From positions 1-32,881 of the forward strand of contig JBMSQQ010000034.1 of NCBI GenBank assembly GCA_049423385.1: a stretch of 32,881 nucleotides of DNA. The letters run 5' to 3'. How positions within the stretch are numbered: position 1 is the first letter of the stretch; each line of letters starts with the position of its first letter. A program made the translations under genes and the position numbers. The notes below the pieces were generated by a model. It searched no databases. It was not told the DNA's origin and was given only the letters and a program-made list of their open reading frames with translations. Shown piece after piece: positions 1 to 9,389 of the stretch. The stretch is from Silvanigrellaceae bacterium (GTDB taxonomy: Bacteria; Bdellovibrionota_B; Oligoflexia; Silvanigrellales; Silvanigrellaceae).

Positions 1-217
1 CTGCTGCGCCGGCCGCACCACCCGCGCCGCCCGTTCCACCCGTGGCAAAAGCTGCGCCAACTCAGCCACCACCGCCGCCACCTGCTGCGCCGGCCGCACC
101 ACCCGCGCCGCCCGTTCCACCCGTGGCAAAAGCTGCGCCAACTCAGCCACCACCGCCGCCACCTGCTGCGCCGGCCGCACCACCCGCGCCGCCCGTTCCA
201 CCCGTGGCAAAAGCTGC
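1..217 (+). repeat. Perfect 81-bp coding tandem repeat, about 2.7 copies visible
   Basis: Units start at 1, 82 and 163. They are identical until position 217, and there are no spacers. Confidence 0.95.
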
Positions 218-572
218 ACCACCTGCGCCGCCAGTCGCAGATCGTGCCGAGATTCCAGCAGCAAAAGCGAACATGAATTCCGGGGAGCAGAAGACAAACG
301 CTGCGTCGCTGCCTCCTGAAATCCAAAAAAAAACTTCGAAAGTTGAGGCCGAACCTCAACAAGATCCAACAAAATCTTCTGCCAACAGCATGCACCACTT
401 CGATGCTCCACCAGCATCGGGTGCCCCCAAGGAACTGGGAGTTTTACTTCACGGAAAACAAAATCCAGTTTTGGTTAAAGGCATCAGAAAAGAATTTCTT
501 TTTACAATTCTGATCCTTTTGACTCTTTTTCTGATCGTCTACTTTTTTGTCGGTCCGCCATATACCCACTAG
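1..572 (+). CDS. Pro/Ala-rich low-complexity protein with C-terminal transmembrane anchor (5' truncated by window edge)
   Basis: The frame is open from the window start. It encodes 27-aa PAAPAAPPAPPVPPVAKAAPTQPPPPP repeats and a hydrophobic FLFTILILLTLFLIVYFFVG segment five residues from the stop (TAG 570-572). Confidence 0.75.
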   Translation, partial: AAPAAPPAPPVPPVAKAAPTQPPPPPPAAPAAPPAPPVPPVAKAAPTQPPPPPPAAPAAPPAPPVPPVAKAAPPAPPVADRAEIPAAKANMNSGEQKTNAASLPPEIQKKTSKVEAEPQQDPTKSSANSMHHFDAPPASGAPKELGVLLHGKQNPVLVKGIRKEFLFTILILLTLFLIVYFFVGPPYTH

Positions 573-712
573 TGGATAAACATCCGATTTCAATTGAAAT
601 AATCTGATTGAATTCAAGAAACCCAAGATTCACCGAGTCTTTGTCACTTCAGTTCCAACAAAACACTCCGATGTTGAAAGAAGAACGTTGTTCTCTCTCA
701 TGGAGTTTTCTC

Positions 713-3529
713 ATGGTGTCAGGACGCTCAAGGACGAAGCCCGGACAGCAACCAGGACTGCGCAAGGCAGCACGATCTTCCGAGGTCAGCCGGCGCAAAC
801 GTCTTGCAAGATATCGTCGGCACACGGCGCGACTTGCATACAAGTCGACGTTGTTCTCCGAAGTGAACAAACTCATTTTCGTCCAGGATTTCGATTCTGC
901 TGGCAGGAAACTTTCCCAGCTTGCGAGTCTCTACTGGAATGACGCTGAGATACACTTTCGCCGAATCGAAGTCGCTTGTCGCACCGAATCACTCAACGAA
1001 GTCGTGGAAGAGTACCAGCGACTTCGCGCACTCAATCCGGACCATCCGGTCATCGAAGCGGCAGCACTCCTGAGCCTCATTAGGCAAGAAGAGTTGATGA
1101 CCGATGAAAACACTTTCATACCGGAAAGTGCGCATGAACAAATATCACAACATGGCATCAAGGATGTTGTGGCTCTTGATTCCGGAAGCGAAATCTCAAC
1201 CAGCAAAAAATCAGTTCATCCAGATGAGGCCACACGCCAGCTTCTCGCGCGTTGGGAGTCGAATCGCCCTGCCACGGCTTCACCCTCTACCCGGGGTTGG
1301 AGAGTCGAGCGTTCTCCGTCGGTTCCCGACGATATCGCACCACCTGAGCTTCCCACACTTCCGGACGCATCTGCAGATGATGAGATACAACAATTCAGAG
1401 CGCAGGTTTCTGAGTCAAAAAAGCAGGAACAGGTCATCGGGATTGAGCAATCGACAAACCCGATTCTGCAAGCGGCACTGCGACTTCGCGACTCCCAACC
1501 CAAAAGTTCATGGGCCTGGTTTGTTCTTGGCTGCGCTCTCGAACTCGCGGGTCACCTGCAAGAAGCAGTGGATGCGTGGACTCACTCATGGCAACTGAAC
1601 CCGGAGTCTTTGGCGGTTTTGGCGACAATGGCTGAACTCCAACAGATTGGCGCCTTGCCAGAAGGCAAGCCGGACTACGCTGAAAAGTTTGAAAAACTCG
1701 ATAAATTTCTGGTTCACGGCACTTATGAAACCCACATCTCACTGTACAAATATTTTCTTGAAAAGCGTGAAAGCACCCATGCAATTGCAGCTCTCAGAAC
1801 CTTGGCAGACTGGATGCAACGGCAGCGTGGTGAAGTGCCTCCGGAAATTGAAATACTCTGCCTTTTGGGCGCCATGAACGCATACAAGCTGGATGCCAAT
1901 GTGGCGGCAGCTGAAGCCTGCAGGCGGGAAGCTGAAAACATCGCGATCGCATGCAAGAAATCACCCAAAAGTCCGGCACAGATTGCTTTCATTGGCCAAA
2001 TTGCCGAAGACTATGGGCTCCCGAATCTGGCCCGCTTGTGTTTCTACTCTGTGCTCATAGCAAAAGACACACCGTTGGAATTGGCAAGCAAAACGGCCGC
2101 GCACTGCGTTGCGCAATATGCTTCGCTTTCACTCAAGGAATGTCTGAAAACGACCTACTTGAACCATGCAGGCAATCCGGAAATCCGATTTTGCCAGCTG
2201 CTTTGCGAACTCACATTGTCATCTGTTGCCATTCGACCTTACATGGAACGGAAGAACAGAATCCGTGACGCATTGGCCCGAAACCAGGCTGCAGTGGCCT
2301 TGCAACTGATGCAGGAAGCACTTCAAGAAACAAATGACGACGCAGAGATTCACTTCTACATGAGTGAAATGCTTTCCCGCTTGGGTTTGACCGACAGGGC
2401 CAAGCATCACTTTTCAATGATGTATGAACTCGATTCATTGAATGTTGAATCGGTTTTACGCTACCTGAATTTTTTGATCAAAAACAAGGAATTCTTCTCA
2501 ACCCAGGAAATCGCCCGCAAGACAAACGAAATTGCAGGTCTCACTCCGCAGCAACGCAGCGAACTGCACTGGGCAAGAGCTAGCGCCTTGCTGGCGGTTG
2601 GAGAAACCGAGGAAGCCAAGCAGGAAATTGATCGCTCCCTCAAGACAAATCCTTGGAGCACCCAATATTTGATGGTGGCACTCAAACTCTCTGTCCCATC
2701 GACCATCAAAAACAATGATCCGGGCTTTGGTGAAGTTGCCCTGACAATATTGGAGACACAACTTTCAGCTGGTGGTCAAAATGCAATTGCAGACGAACAC
2801 CTGAACCAGTTGCTCGAGCACGGCAAAAAATGCCTACAAACCGGACTCAGCGAGTATGCCTTCATACTTGGCAAGATTCTTTTCATGCTCAACGACAAGA
2901 ACGAAAATGTCATCGAGTTTTTCAGCAAGGTTGGAGCAAGCTACGAGCCCCGATTGGCCGCTCAACAGACACTGATGTTGCTGCAGAGTACCGGCAAACA
3001 ATGGTCGTTCTCGCATCTGGCTGTTTGCATCGCCAGAATCTATAGCCAGGCGCTTGAGTGGCCCTTGGTTGACGAGTGGCTCGATATTGCCGTCAAATCA
3101 GGAATCGAAGAAAAACACGTTCGCTCAAAACTTTTTGAACTCGAGGCACTGAAGCTCGCGTTGCACGGAACAAACTTCAGAAAAGCCCAAAGTCTTCTTG
3201 AAGCGGCGCTGGATATTTACGACGGAACCCAAAAAATTCCGGCAGACACGGGCGTACTGCACGGATACCTGATCCTGGCACAGGGCAATATCAAGGCGGG
3301 CATTGAAAAAATGCAAACATGCATGGGCGAAAGCAGCTCAATTCAAAGCCTCTACTTCCTGATCAAAGGCCTCGAGCGGGCCGGCCGCTTGTCCGGCTCT
3401 GAATGTGACAACATTCTGAGATTGTACAATTTGGCTCCAACGAACCTGCTCGAGCAAAAATTGATTGAAGAAATCTACTGCACAGTGGGATCCTGCAAAA
3501 CCGGGGTGTCGGTCAACCTTGCCTGCTGA
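713..3529 (+). CDS. Large alpha-helical tetratricopeptide-repeat-like protein
   Basis: Long ORF. ATG 713 has GGAG at 702-705 (the track's TTG 608 is less likely). TPR-like patterns include WAWFVLGCALELAGHLQEAVDAWTHSWQLNP, AEIHFYMSEMLSRLG and HWARASALLAVGETEEAKQEIDRSLKTNP. Confidence 0.75.
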   Translation: MVSGRSRTKPGQQPGLRKAARSSEVSRRKRLARYRRHTARLAYKSTLFSEVNKLIFVQDFDSAGRKLSQLASLYWNDAEIHFRRIEVACRTESLNEVVEEYQRLRALNPDHPVIEAAALLSLIRQEELMTDENTFIPESAHEQISQHGIKDVVALDSGSEISTSKKSVHPDEATRQLLARWESNRPATASPSTRGWRVERSPSVPDDIAPPELPTLPDASADDEIQQFRAQVSESKKQEQVIGIEQSTNPILQAALRLRDSQPKSSWAWFVLGCALELAGHLQEAVDAWTHSWQLNPESLAVLATMAELQQIGALPEGKPDYAEKFEKLDKFLVHGTYETHISLYKYFLEKRESTHAIAALRTLADWMQRQRGEVPPEIEILCLLGAMNAYKLDANVAAAEACRREAENIAIACKKSPKSPAQIAFIGQIAEDYGLPNLARLCFYSVLIAKDTPLELASKTAAHCVAQYASLSLKECLKTTYLNHAGNPEIRFCQLLCELTLSSVAIRPYMERKNRIRDALARNQAAVALQLMQEALQETNDDAEIHFYMSEMLSRLGLTDRAKHHFSMMYELDSLNVESVLRYLNFLIKNKEFFSTQEIARKTNEIAGLTPQQRSELHWARASALLAVGETEEAKQEIDRSLKTNPWSTQYLMVALKLSVPSTIKNNDPGFGEVALTILETQLSAGGQNAIADEHLNQLLEHGKKCLQTGLSEYAFILGKILFMLNDKNENVIEFFSKVGASYEPRLAAQQTLMLLQSTGKQWSFSHLAVCIARIYSQALEWPLVDEWLDIAVKSGIEEKHVRSKLFELEALKLALHGTNFRKAQSLLEAALDIYDGTQKIPADTGVLHGYLILAQGNIKAGIEKMQTCMGESSSIQSLYFLIKGLERAGRLSGSECDNILRLYNLAPTNLLEQKLIEEIYCTVGSCKTGVSVNLAC

Positions 3530-3606
3530 GTGTCAAGTTGCCACAGTGCGCGTAGTGAAAAACCGCGCACTGTGAGACGATTGCCTGCGACATCAGGGAA
3601 GGCAAC

Positions 3607-4389
3607 ATGGCACTTCGAAAAAGACCCTCTGCGCGGCAAAAAGCATCGCAGAACATTGCACAGCTCAAAACAATCCGTAGCCGCGTCAGTCTGGCGCCAG
3701 AGTGGTGGATTGGTAAAACACATGTGTTGATCGACATGGATGGCACGCTGATTGGTCAACCGGGTGCGCTTTTTCACAACCTCTTTGCCATTTTCGCTCT
3801 CATCAGACTCAAAGGACTCGGTTCCTATGCCGACCTTTATCGGGCTGTAAACAAAACGATTCAAACCGTGCTTTCGCCTCATCAATTTGCCAACAACGAA
3901 GATGCTTTTTTTGAGACTCTGGCGCGTGAATTGAATGTGACGAGGCAAAAACTCGAACGCTTCGCGGGTCGATTCTTCGATTCCGATTATCCTTTCATTT
4001 GCCTTATCCTTCACTCAGAGCCGCACGCGCGCAGACTGCTCGATCTGCTGCATGCCACAGGTCGACACGTCACACTCGCAACAAACGCGGTGTTTGGCAG
4101 GCGTGAAATTGAGCTGCGTCTCAAGGCGTCGGATCTTTATCTTCACGATTTTGATCTGGTGACTTCCTGGGAAGTGATGAAATCCACCAAACCACACAGC
4201 GCGTTTTTCGAAGAAACCCTCAAGAAAATCGGCGGTACTCCGGAATCGACCGTGATGATTGGCAACGATCCCTTCTACGATCTTCCGGCATATCAGATGG
4301 GAATTGAAACATTGCTCGTGGGACAAAGACTTTCCATAGGCGACATCGCTGATTCACTTGAAGCTTCGATGAAAGCCAGCGAAAGTTGA
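3607..4389 (+). CDS. HAD-superfamily hydrolase (subfamily IA-like)
   Basis: Motif I LIDMDGTL, motif II LATN, motif III KP, motif IV MIGNDPFYD. Confidence 0.9.
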   Translation: MALRKRPSARQKASQNIAQLKTIRSRVSLAPEWWIGKTHVLIDMDGTLIGQPGALFHNLFAIFALIRLKGLGSYADLYRAVNKTIQTVLSPHQFANNEDAFFETLARELNVTRQKLERFAGRFFDSDYPFICLILHSEPHARRLLDLLHATGRHVTLATNAVFGRREIELRLKASDLYLHDFDLVTSWEVMKSTKPHSAFFEETLKKIGGTPESTVMIGNDPFYDLPAYQMGIETLLVGQRLSIGDIADSLEASMKASES

Positions 4390-4390
4390 T

Positions 4391-4981
4391 TCACGATTTA
4401 GAGCGACCGCGCAGGTAAGGTTCGGCCACCAGAATGGCCAACGCAGCAAGAGCATGTTGGATTTGACCCGAGCGAGCCATCATCATCGCTTCTTCAATAG
4501 GCACAGTGCGCAGTCGAATCACCTCAAACGGGTCGTTGTGCTCCCTCGGAACTGACAGCGGCTGACAATCAAATGCGATAAAATAAGTAATCCGGTTGCC
4601 CTGAATGGCTGGATTTGGCGCAAAACCAGGCAATGCAAGGACGCGTTGGCTCGTGAGACCGGTTTCTTCCTCCAATTCCCGGAGGGCTGCGAGGGTCAAA
4701 TCCTTCTCGCCAGGATCCACCGCCCCCCCGGGGGTTTCGACCGTAATTGTATTTGTACCAACGCGATGCTGCTCAATGAGCACGATGTGCCCGTCGGCGG
4801 TCACCGGTACCACATTGACCCAATGGGAGCAGCGGATCGTGTACATGGCACGACGATGAATGCCGTCCAGACTGGTCGCTTCCCTTGATTCCACCTTGAA
4901 AATTGGACAACTGAACGCCTCCTCGGGCTCGCTCAAGGGAAATTTTTGAAGTTCAGAATTGGTGCCTTCGGGCTTGGACAT
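4391..4981 (-). CDS. NUDIX hydrolase (ADP-ribose pyrophosphatase-like)
   Basis: Nudix box GAVDPGEKDLTLAALRELEEETGL, with upstream LIEQHR and downstream PNP. ATG 4981 is preceded by GAGG; alternative start 4996. Confidence 0.9.
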   Translation of the reverse strand: MSKPEGTNSELQKFPLSEPEEAFSCPIFKVESREATSLDGIHRRAMYTIRCSHWVNVVPVTADGHIVLIEQHRVGTNTITVETPGGAVDPGEKDLTLAALRELEEETGLTSQRVLALPGFAPNPAIQGNRITYFIAFDCQPLSVPREHNDPFEVIRLRTVPIEEAMMMARSGQIQHALAALAILVAEPYLRGRSKS

Positions 4982-5013
4982 TATCAATTGCCTCATTTGT
5001 ACATCGGTTCATT

Positions 5014-5043
5014 TTGCCAGTCGGTGGATGTCGGTGCTATGAA
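5014..5043 (+). promoter_or_regulatory. Candidate sigma70 promoter for fba
   Basis: TTGCCA, 18 nt, TATGAA with an extended TG, about 40 nt upstream of the start codon. Confidence 0.35.
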
Positions 5044-5084
5044 GGCACGATTTCTTTAGACTTGCCCTCACGATGGAGGCTCCC

Positions 5085-6122
5085 ATGGCTCTCATTTCAC
5101 TTCGCCAATTGCTCGATCATGCCGCTGAAAATTCATATGGAATTGCTGCGTTCAACGTCAACAATCTTGAACAAATTCAGGCCATCATGGAAGCCGCCAA
5201 GGAAACCAACAGCCCGGTCATCATCCAGGCCAGCCGTGGTGCCCGCTCCTACACCAACGACGTCTTTCTTCGCCATCTGATGTTCGCTGCGGTCGAACTG
5301 TATCCGGAGATCCCGGTCTGCGTCCATCAAGACCACGGCAACTCCCTGACAACCTGTCTTTCGGCAATCCGCAATGGTTTCACCAGCGTGATGATGGACG
5401 GCTCGCTCATGGAAGATGGCAAATCGCCCGCCAGTTACGAATACAACGTCAAGATCACCCGCGATGTGGTCCGCTGCGCACACGCCATGGGCGTGAGCGT
5501 TGAAGGTGAGCTGGGATGTCTGGGCTCGCTCGAAACCGGCATGGGCGAAAAAGAAGATGGCCATGGTTTTGAAGGAAAACTTTCGCACGACCAACTTCTC
5601 ACCGACCCAGACGAGGCTGCTCGATTTGTGGAAGAAACCAAAGTCGATGCGCTGGCCATTGCCATCGGCACAAGTCACGGCGCGTATAAATTTACTCGCA
5701 AACCCGATGGTGGAATCCTCAATATCGAACGCATCAAGGCCATCCATAAAAAATGCCCAAACACTCACCTCGTGATGCATGGATCAAGCTCGGTCCCGCA
5801 GGACCTCCAGGATGAATTCCGCAAGTTTGGCGGTGAAATGAAAACGACTTGGGGCGTGCCTGTGTCCGAAATCCAGGAAGGCATCCGCAACGGCGTGCGA
5901 AAAATCAACGTCGACACAGACAACCGCCTCGCCATGACAGTTGCGATTCGCAAGGTGTTCAAGGAAAACCCCAGCGAATTCGACCTGCGCAAGTACATGG
6001 CACCGGCGCGCGCTGCGATGCAAAAAGTGGTCGCCGAGCGCATGGTTCAATTTGGTCAGGCGGGTCAAGCCAGCAAAATCAAACCACTCGGCCTCGATGT
6101 CATGGCCAAGAAGTATCTTTGA
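5085..6122 (+). CDS. fba: Fructose-1,6-bisphosphate aldolase class II (type B, CbbA-like)
   Basis: [47 protein letters not shown] and KINVDTD motifs. RBS GGAGG at 5075-5079. Confidence 0.97.
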   Translation: MALISLRQLLDHAAENSYGIAAFNVNNLEQIQAIMEAAKETNSPVIIQASRGARSYTNDVFLRHLMFAAVELYPEIPVCVHQDHGNSLTTCLSAIRNGFTSVMMDGSLMEDGKSPASYEYNVKITRDVVRCAHAMGVSVEGELGCLGSLETGMGEKEDGHGFEGKLSHDQLLTDPDEAARFVEETKVDALAIAIGTSHGAYKFTRKPDGGILNIERIKAIHKKCPNTHLVMHGSSSVPQDLQDEFRKFGGEMKTTWGVPVSEIQEGIRNGVRKINVDTDNRLAMTVAIRKVFKENPSEFDLRKYMAPARAAMQKVVAERMVQFGQAGQASKIKPLGLDVMAKKYL

Positions 6123-6975
6123 GTTCCCCCCGCAATCCCGACAGGGTTTCGAGCAGGTAATTCACAACGTGACGAGGGCCAGCCACGATGTGCTTGTCGA
6201 CAAGAACATCGAACGGCTGGCCCTCATAGTTGACAACGATGCCCCCCGCTTCGCGGACAATCAATTCTCCGGCCGCCATATCCCACGGCGACAAGCGCGA
6301 CTCAAAAAAACCATTGAAGACTCCACGACCGGTCAAGGCCAAGTCCAATGCTGCCGCTCCGTTGATGCGCATGCCGAGAATTTTGTTCTGCAGGGTTTCA
6401 ATGCAGCGAATCACACCATGCAAACTCGAACCTTTGTTGGAACTGAAGCCAGTTGCCAGACTCCAGCGCCTGGGTTCGTCGCCAGCCAAAACAGAAATCG
6501 GCTCATCATTCACGAACGCACCCTGCCCACGGGCCGCTGTGTACAAATCTCCCGTACCGGGCTGATAGATCGCGGCCCGCTCGCATTCGAAACGCGAGCC
6601 ATTCATTCGCCCACAGGCCACCGAAATGCAGTGAAAAATGTTGCCCTTGGAGAAGTTGGTCGTTCCATCGATGGGATCAAGGATCCAGACGGCATCGCCA
6701 TCCTGAGGAGCATCACCTGTTCCCACAGACGTCCAGCCCGACTCCTCGCCGAGGATCCAGTGGTTGGGAAAAAGCTTGGCAATTTCGGTTTTCAGGAATT
6801 TTTCCGAGGCCAAATCGGCTTCGGTCACAAGCCCCAAATCGCCCGATTTTTCATCAACCCTGATTTGTCTGCGAAAATAATCGTTCGTGAGCGTCCCGGC
6901 GGCCCGGGCCAGTTCTCCAATGGTTCCGCGGGTGGGAAGGTTCACAGCGGACGGTTGGGATTGAGAGCTCGTCAT
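6100..6975 (-). CDS. suhB: Inositol monophosphatase family protein
   Basis: [30 protein letters not shown] and PWDMAAG motifs. ATG 6975 is preceded by AGGAG. Confidence 0.88.
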   Translation of the reverse strand: MTSSQSQPSAVNLPTRGTIGELARAAGTLTNDYFRRQIRVDEKSGDLGLVTEADLASEKFLKTEIAKLFPNHWILGEESGWTSVGTGDAPQDGDAVWILDPIDGTTNFSKGNIFHCISVACGRMNGSRFECERAAIYQPGTGDLYTAARGQGAFVNDEPISVLAGDEPRRWSLATGFSSNKGSSLHGVIRCIETLQNKILGMRINGAAALDLALTGRGVFNGFFESRLSPWDMAAGELIVREAGGIVVNYEGQPFDVLVDKHIVAGPRHVVNYLLETLSGLRGELKDTSWP

Positions 6976-7074
6976 GACACAAATCTCCTGTTGGATGCCT
7001 TCAATTGACGCGGCTTTCCATGATAGGGTCGAGTTGGACACAAGGTCCAGTCCCCGAAGAAAGGTACCTCATTC

Positions 7075-8661
7075 ATGGAAACGACCACTCTCCTCGTGAC
7101 GATAGCCGTCGCTCTTGCCAGCGGCATTGCAGGGGCATGGCTGGCTCGCGTTTTTGTTGTTCGCACCCAGAGCGCCGTTGCAGGTCTGGGTGAATCCGCA
7201 GAACAGGTCATCCGCAATGCAAAACAGCGCCGCGACGCGATTTTGGACGAGGCACTCCGAACCGCGCGCGAAGAACTTCAGGCCGAAGCTGAACGACTCG
7301 AAGAAGAACGCTCGGTGGTGCGCGGATTCCAGGACGACTTTGAACGCGAGTTGAATCAACGCCAGAGCAAGATTGACCGCAAATGGAACGAAATACAGAA
7401 TCAGGAAAATCTACTCTCGAATCGTCTCCAAAAGAGCCACGAACGCCCGCCGGAAATGGACAAAATCGAAGAGAAGAAAACGGAAATCAACAACGCGCTC
7501 ACAGAATCCCTGATTGTCAAGACCAATGCCCGTCGTGATGAAGTCAAGGCCGTGATTCATGATGAAGTTCTCAATGCGGAAAAGCTGGGAATTTCGAAAT
7601 GGCTTCTCGAAAATCAGGAAACCCTCAAAAGCGAAGCCCAACGTGGTGCACGCGATGTCTTGCTGAACGTCTACAACCGATACAACCCACGTTTCATCTG
7701 GCCAAAAACGAGTTTCAACGTGGAAGCACCCTCCAAGGATGTGGTTGTGCGTCACTTTGGCGAAGGATCAGCGATCCTAGGATTGTTGCTCGAAGGCACC
7801 GACACGGCAATTGATGCCGCGGTTGATCCTCAGTCTGGCGAACCACCCACGCTTAAAATTTCCGGAGGAGCAGGCGTGGACAAGGAAGTGATTCGCCTCA
7901 CGCTCGAGGAAGTCTTCAGCAAAAATCAATTCAATCCGGATCGCGTTCGGCAGATTCTGCAACGGCACAAACAAGACATCGACCGGACAACCTTGCGGAT
8001 GGGTCAGGATGCTGTCCGGATACTTGGACTCGATGCCATGCATCCGGAAATCATGAAGCTCATCGGGGCACTCAATTACCGCACCAGCCATCGCCAAAAC
8101 CAGTATTTCCATTCGCTGGAAGTTGCCCGCCTGGCAGGAATGCTTGCGGATGAAGTTGGAGTCGATGCAAAACTCGCCAAGCGCTCCGGCATTCTGCACG
8201 ACATTGGCAAGGTGCTCGACTACAAGATCGAAGGCAGCCATGCGGTGATTTCAGGAGACTATGCAACCCGGTTTGGAGAAGCAGAGGTTGTGGTCGACAC
8301 CGTTCTTTCCCACCACGACGACAAAATCGTTGAAACTGCCCACGCGTATATCCTTAAGGCAGCCGATGCGATGTCGGGTGCACGCCCGGGTGCACGCGTG
8401 GACATGGAAGAAGGATTCCAAAAGCGCATTGAAGGCATTGCAGAAGTCATCAACAGTTTTCAGGCACAAGGAGTCACAGGTTCTGCAATCATGCATGCAG
8501 GCCGTGAGGTTCATGTGTTTGTGGACAACCGGCGCATCAAGGAAAAAGACATCGATCCATTGGCGCAAAACATTTGCCGCAAGTTGGAATCCGACGTGCA
8601 ATTCCCGGGACAAATCAAGGTCACCGTGGTTCGCCGCATCGAGATTTCGGAAGTGGCCTGA
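7075..8661 (+). CDS. rny: Ribonuclease Y-like protein (TM anchor, coiled coil, divergent KH, HD domain)
   Basis: N-terminal TM helix and long coiled coil, then YRTS..QN, HSLEV, LHDIGK, EGSHA, SHH and AADAMSGARPGAR motifs, and the C-terminal FPGQIKVTVVR. Confidence 0.85.
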   Translation: METTTLLVTIAVALASGIAGAWLARVFVVRTQSAVAGLGESAEQVIRNAKQRRDAILDEALRTAREELQAEAERLEEERSVVRGFQDDFERELNQRQSKIDRKWNEIQNQENLLSNRLQKSHERPPEMDKIEEKKTEINNALTESLIVKTNARRDEVKAVIHDEVLNAEKLGISKWLLENQETLKSEAQRGARDVLLNVYNRYNPRFIWPKTSFNVEAPSKDVVVRHFGEGSAILGLLLEGTDTAIDAAVDPQSGEPPTLKISGGAGVDKEVIRLTLEEVFSKNQFNPDRVRQILQRHKQDIDRTTLRMGQDAVRILGLDAMHPEIMKLIGALNYRTSHRQNQYFHSLEVARLAGMLADEVGVDAKLAKRSGILHDIGKVLDYKIEGSHAVISGDYATRFGEAEVVVDTVLSHHDDKIVETAHAYILKAADAMSGARPGARVDMEEGFQKRIEGIAEVINSFQAQGVTGSAIMHAGREVHVFVDNRRIKEKDIDPLAQNICRKLESDVQFPGQIKVTVVRRIEISEVA

Positions 8662-8681
8662 GATTCATTTCGTGCCAAATT

Positions 8682-8724
8682 CAAAACCCCCGCCGCGGAA
8701 AACCGGGCGGGGGTTTTGTTTATT
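8682..8724. terminator. Bidirectional intrinsic terminator
   Basis: Inverted repeat CAAAACCCCCGCC (8682-8694) / GGCGGGGGTTTTG (8706-8718), with U-rich tails on both strands, between convergent genes. Confidence 0.9.
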
Positions 8725-8741
8725 GATCATTCAGCTGCAAA

Positions 8742-9374
8742 TCAAATCGCAATGCCGAAAACAGCGCGAGCTGCCCAGAAGCTGTACTTCATTTCGCCAT
8801 GGGTTTCGTATGTGGTGGAACCACTTCCCATGCTGTATTCAACGCCCAGGCGAGTCATCGGAAAGGGCGTAATCAAAGCGCGGACCGTTGCACCTGTTTC
8901 TGAACCTTTGCTGGCGTTGCCCGTCACGGTGCCGGTGACCTTGACCACTTCCTTGCTGCCGCCGGTAGGAAAGTTGTAATTCAAACCCGCTTGGACAGTG
9001 ATAATTGGAATCAACCCGACGTGAACGCCAGCCTCAAGTCCCATCGAATTCGACTTGACGGTTTCCTTGGCCTTGACTGCAGTCGCATCGTCGTACTCAC
9101 GGATGGAAGTTCCAACGTGAAGCTCTGGTCCTGCGTAAACACTCACACCCGGGATGGGGCCAAAAATATCGATGTGACCAGCAAGCTTTCCTTCAGCACC
9201 CGTCAGAGCTTTTGTGGATGCTGTGGAACCACTTTCAGGAGTCTGGTTCGTCAGGCCACCCGCTGCAAAAACGCGGATGTCTGCCATCGCAGACTGAGCC
9301 GAATAGAGCGAACAGATTCCAACAGCAGTCAAACCCAAATTTTTCATCTTTCGGCTCATGCAAGCATTCAGCAT
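8742..9374 (-). CDS. Exported small outer-membrane beta-barrel-like protein
   Basis: Signal peptide ending SAMA-D, alternating amphipathic Gly/aromatic strands and a C-terminal strand WAARAVFGIAI. GGGAG precedes ATG 9374. Confidence 0.7.
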   Translation of the reverse strand: MLNACMSRKMKNLGLTAVGICSLYSAQSAMADIRVFAAGGLTNQTPESGSTASTKALTGAEGKLAGHIDIFGPIPGVSVYAGPELHVGTSIREYDDATAVKAKETVKSNSMGLEAGVHVGLIPIITVQAGLNYNFPTGGSKEVVKVTGTVTGNASKGSETGATVRALITPFPMTRLGVEYSMGSGSTTYETHGEMKYSFWAARAVFGIAI

Positions 9375-9389
9375 CGACAATCTCCCTTG

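Noticed and set aside
1..217. Repeats as a CRISPR array
   Set aside because: The units are contiguous, in-frame and 81 bp long, with no spacers and no cas genes.
5085..6122. CbbA-type aldolase as evidence of a Calvin cycle
   Set aside because: This subtype is widespread in heterotrophs, and there are no other cbb genes here.
5941..7008. 355-aa ORF overlapping fba and antisense to suhB
   Set aside because: It is a shadow frame with no protein-like features.
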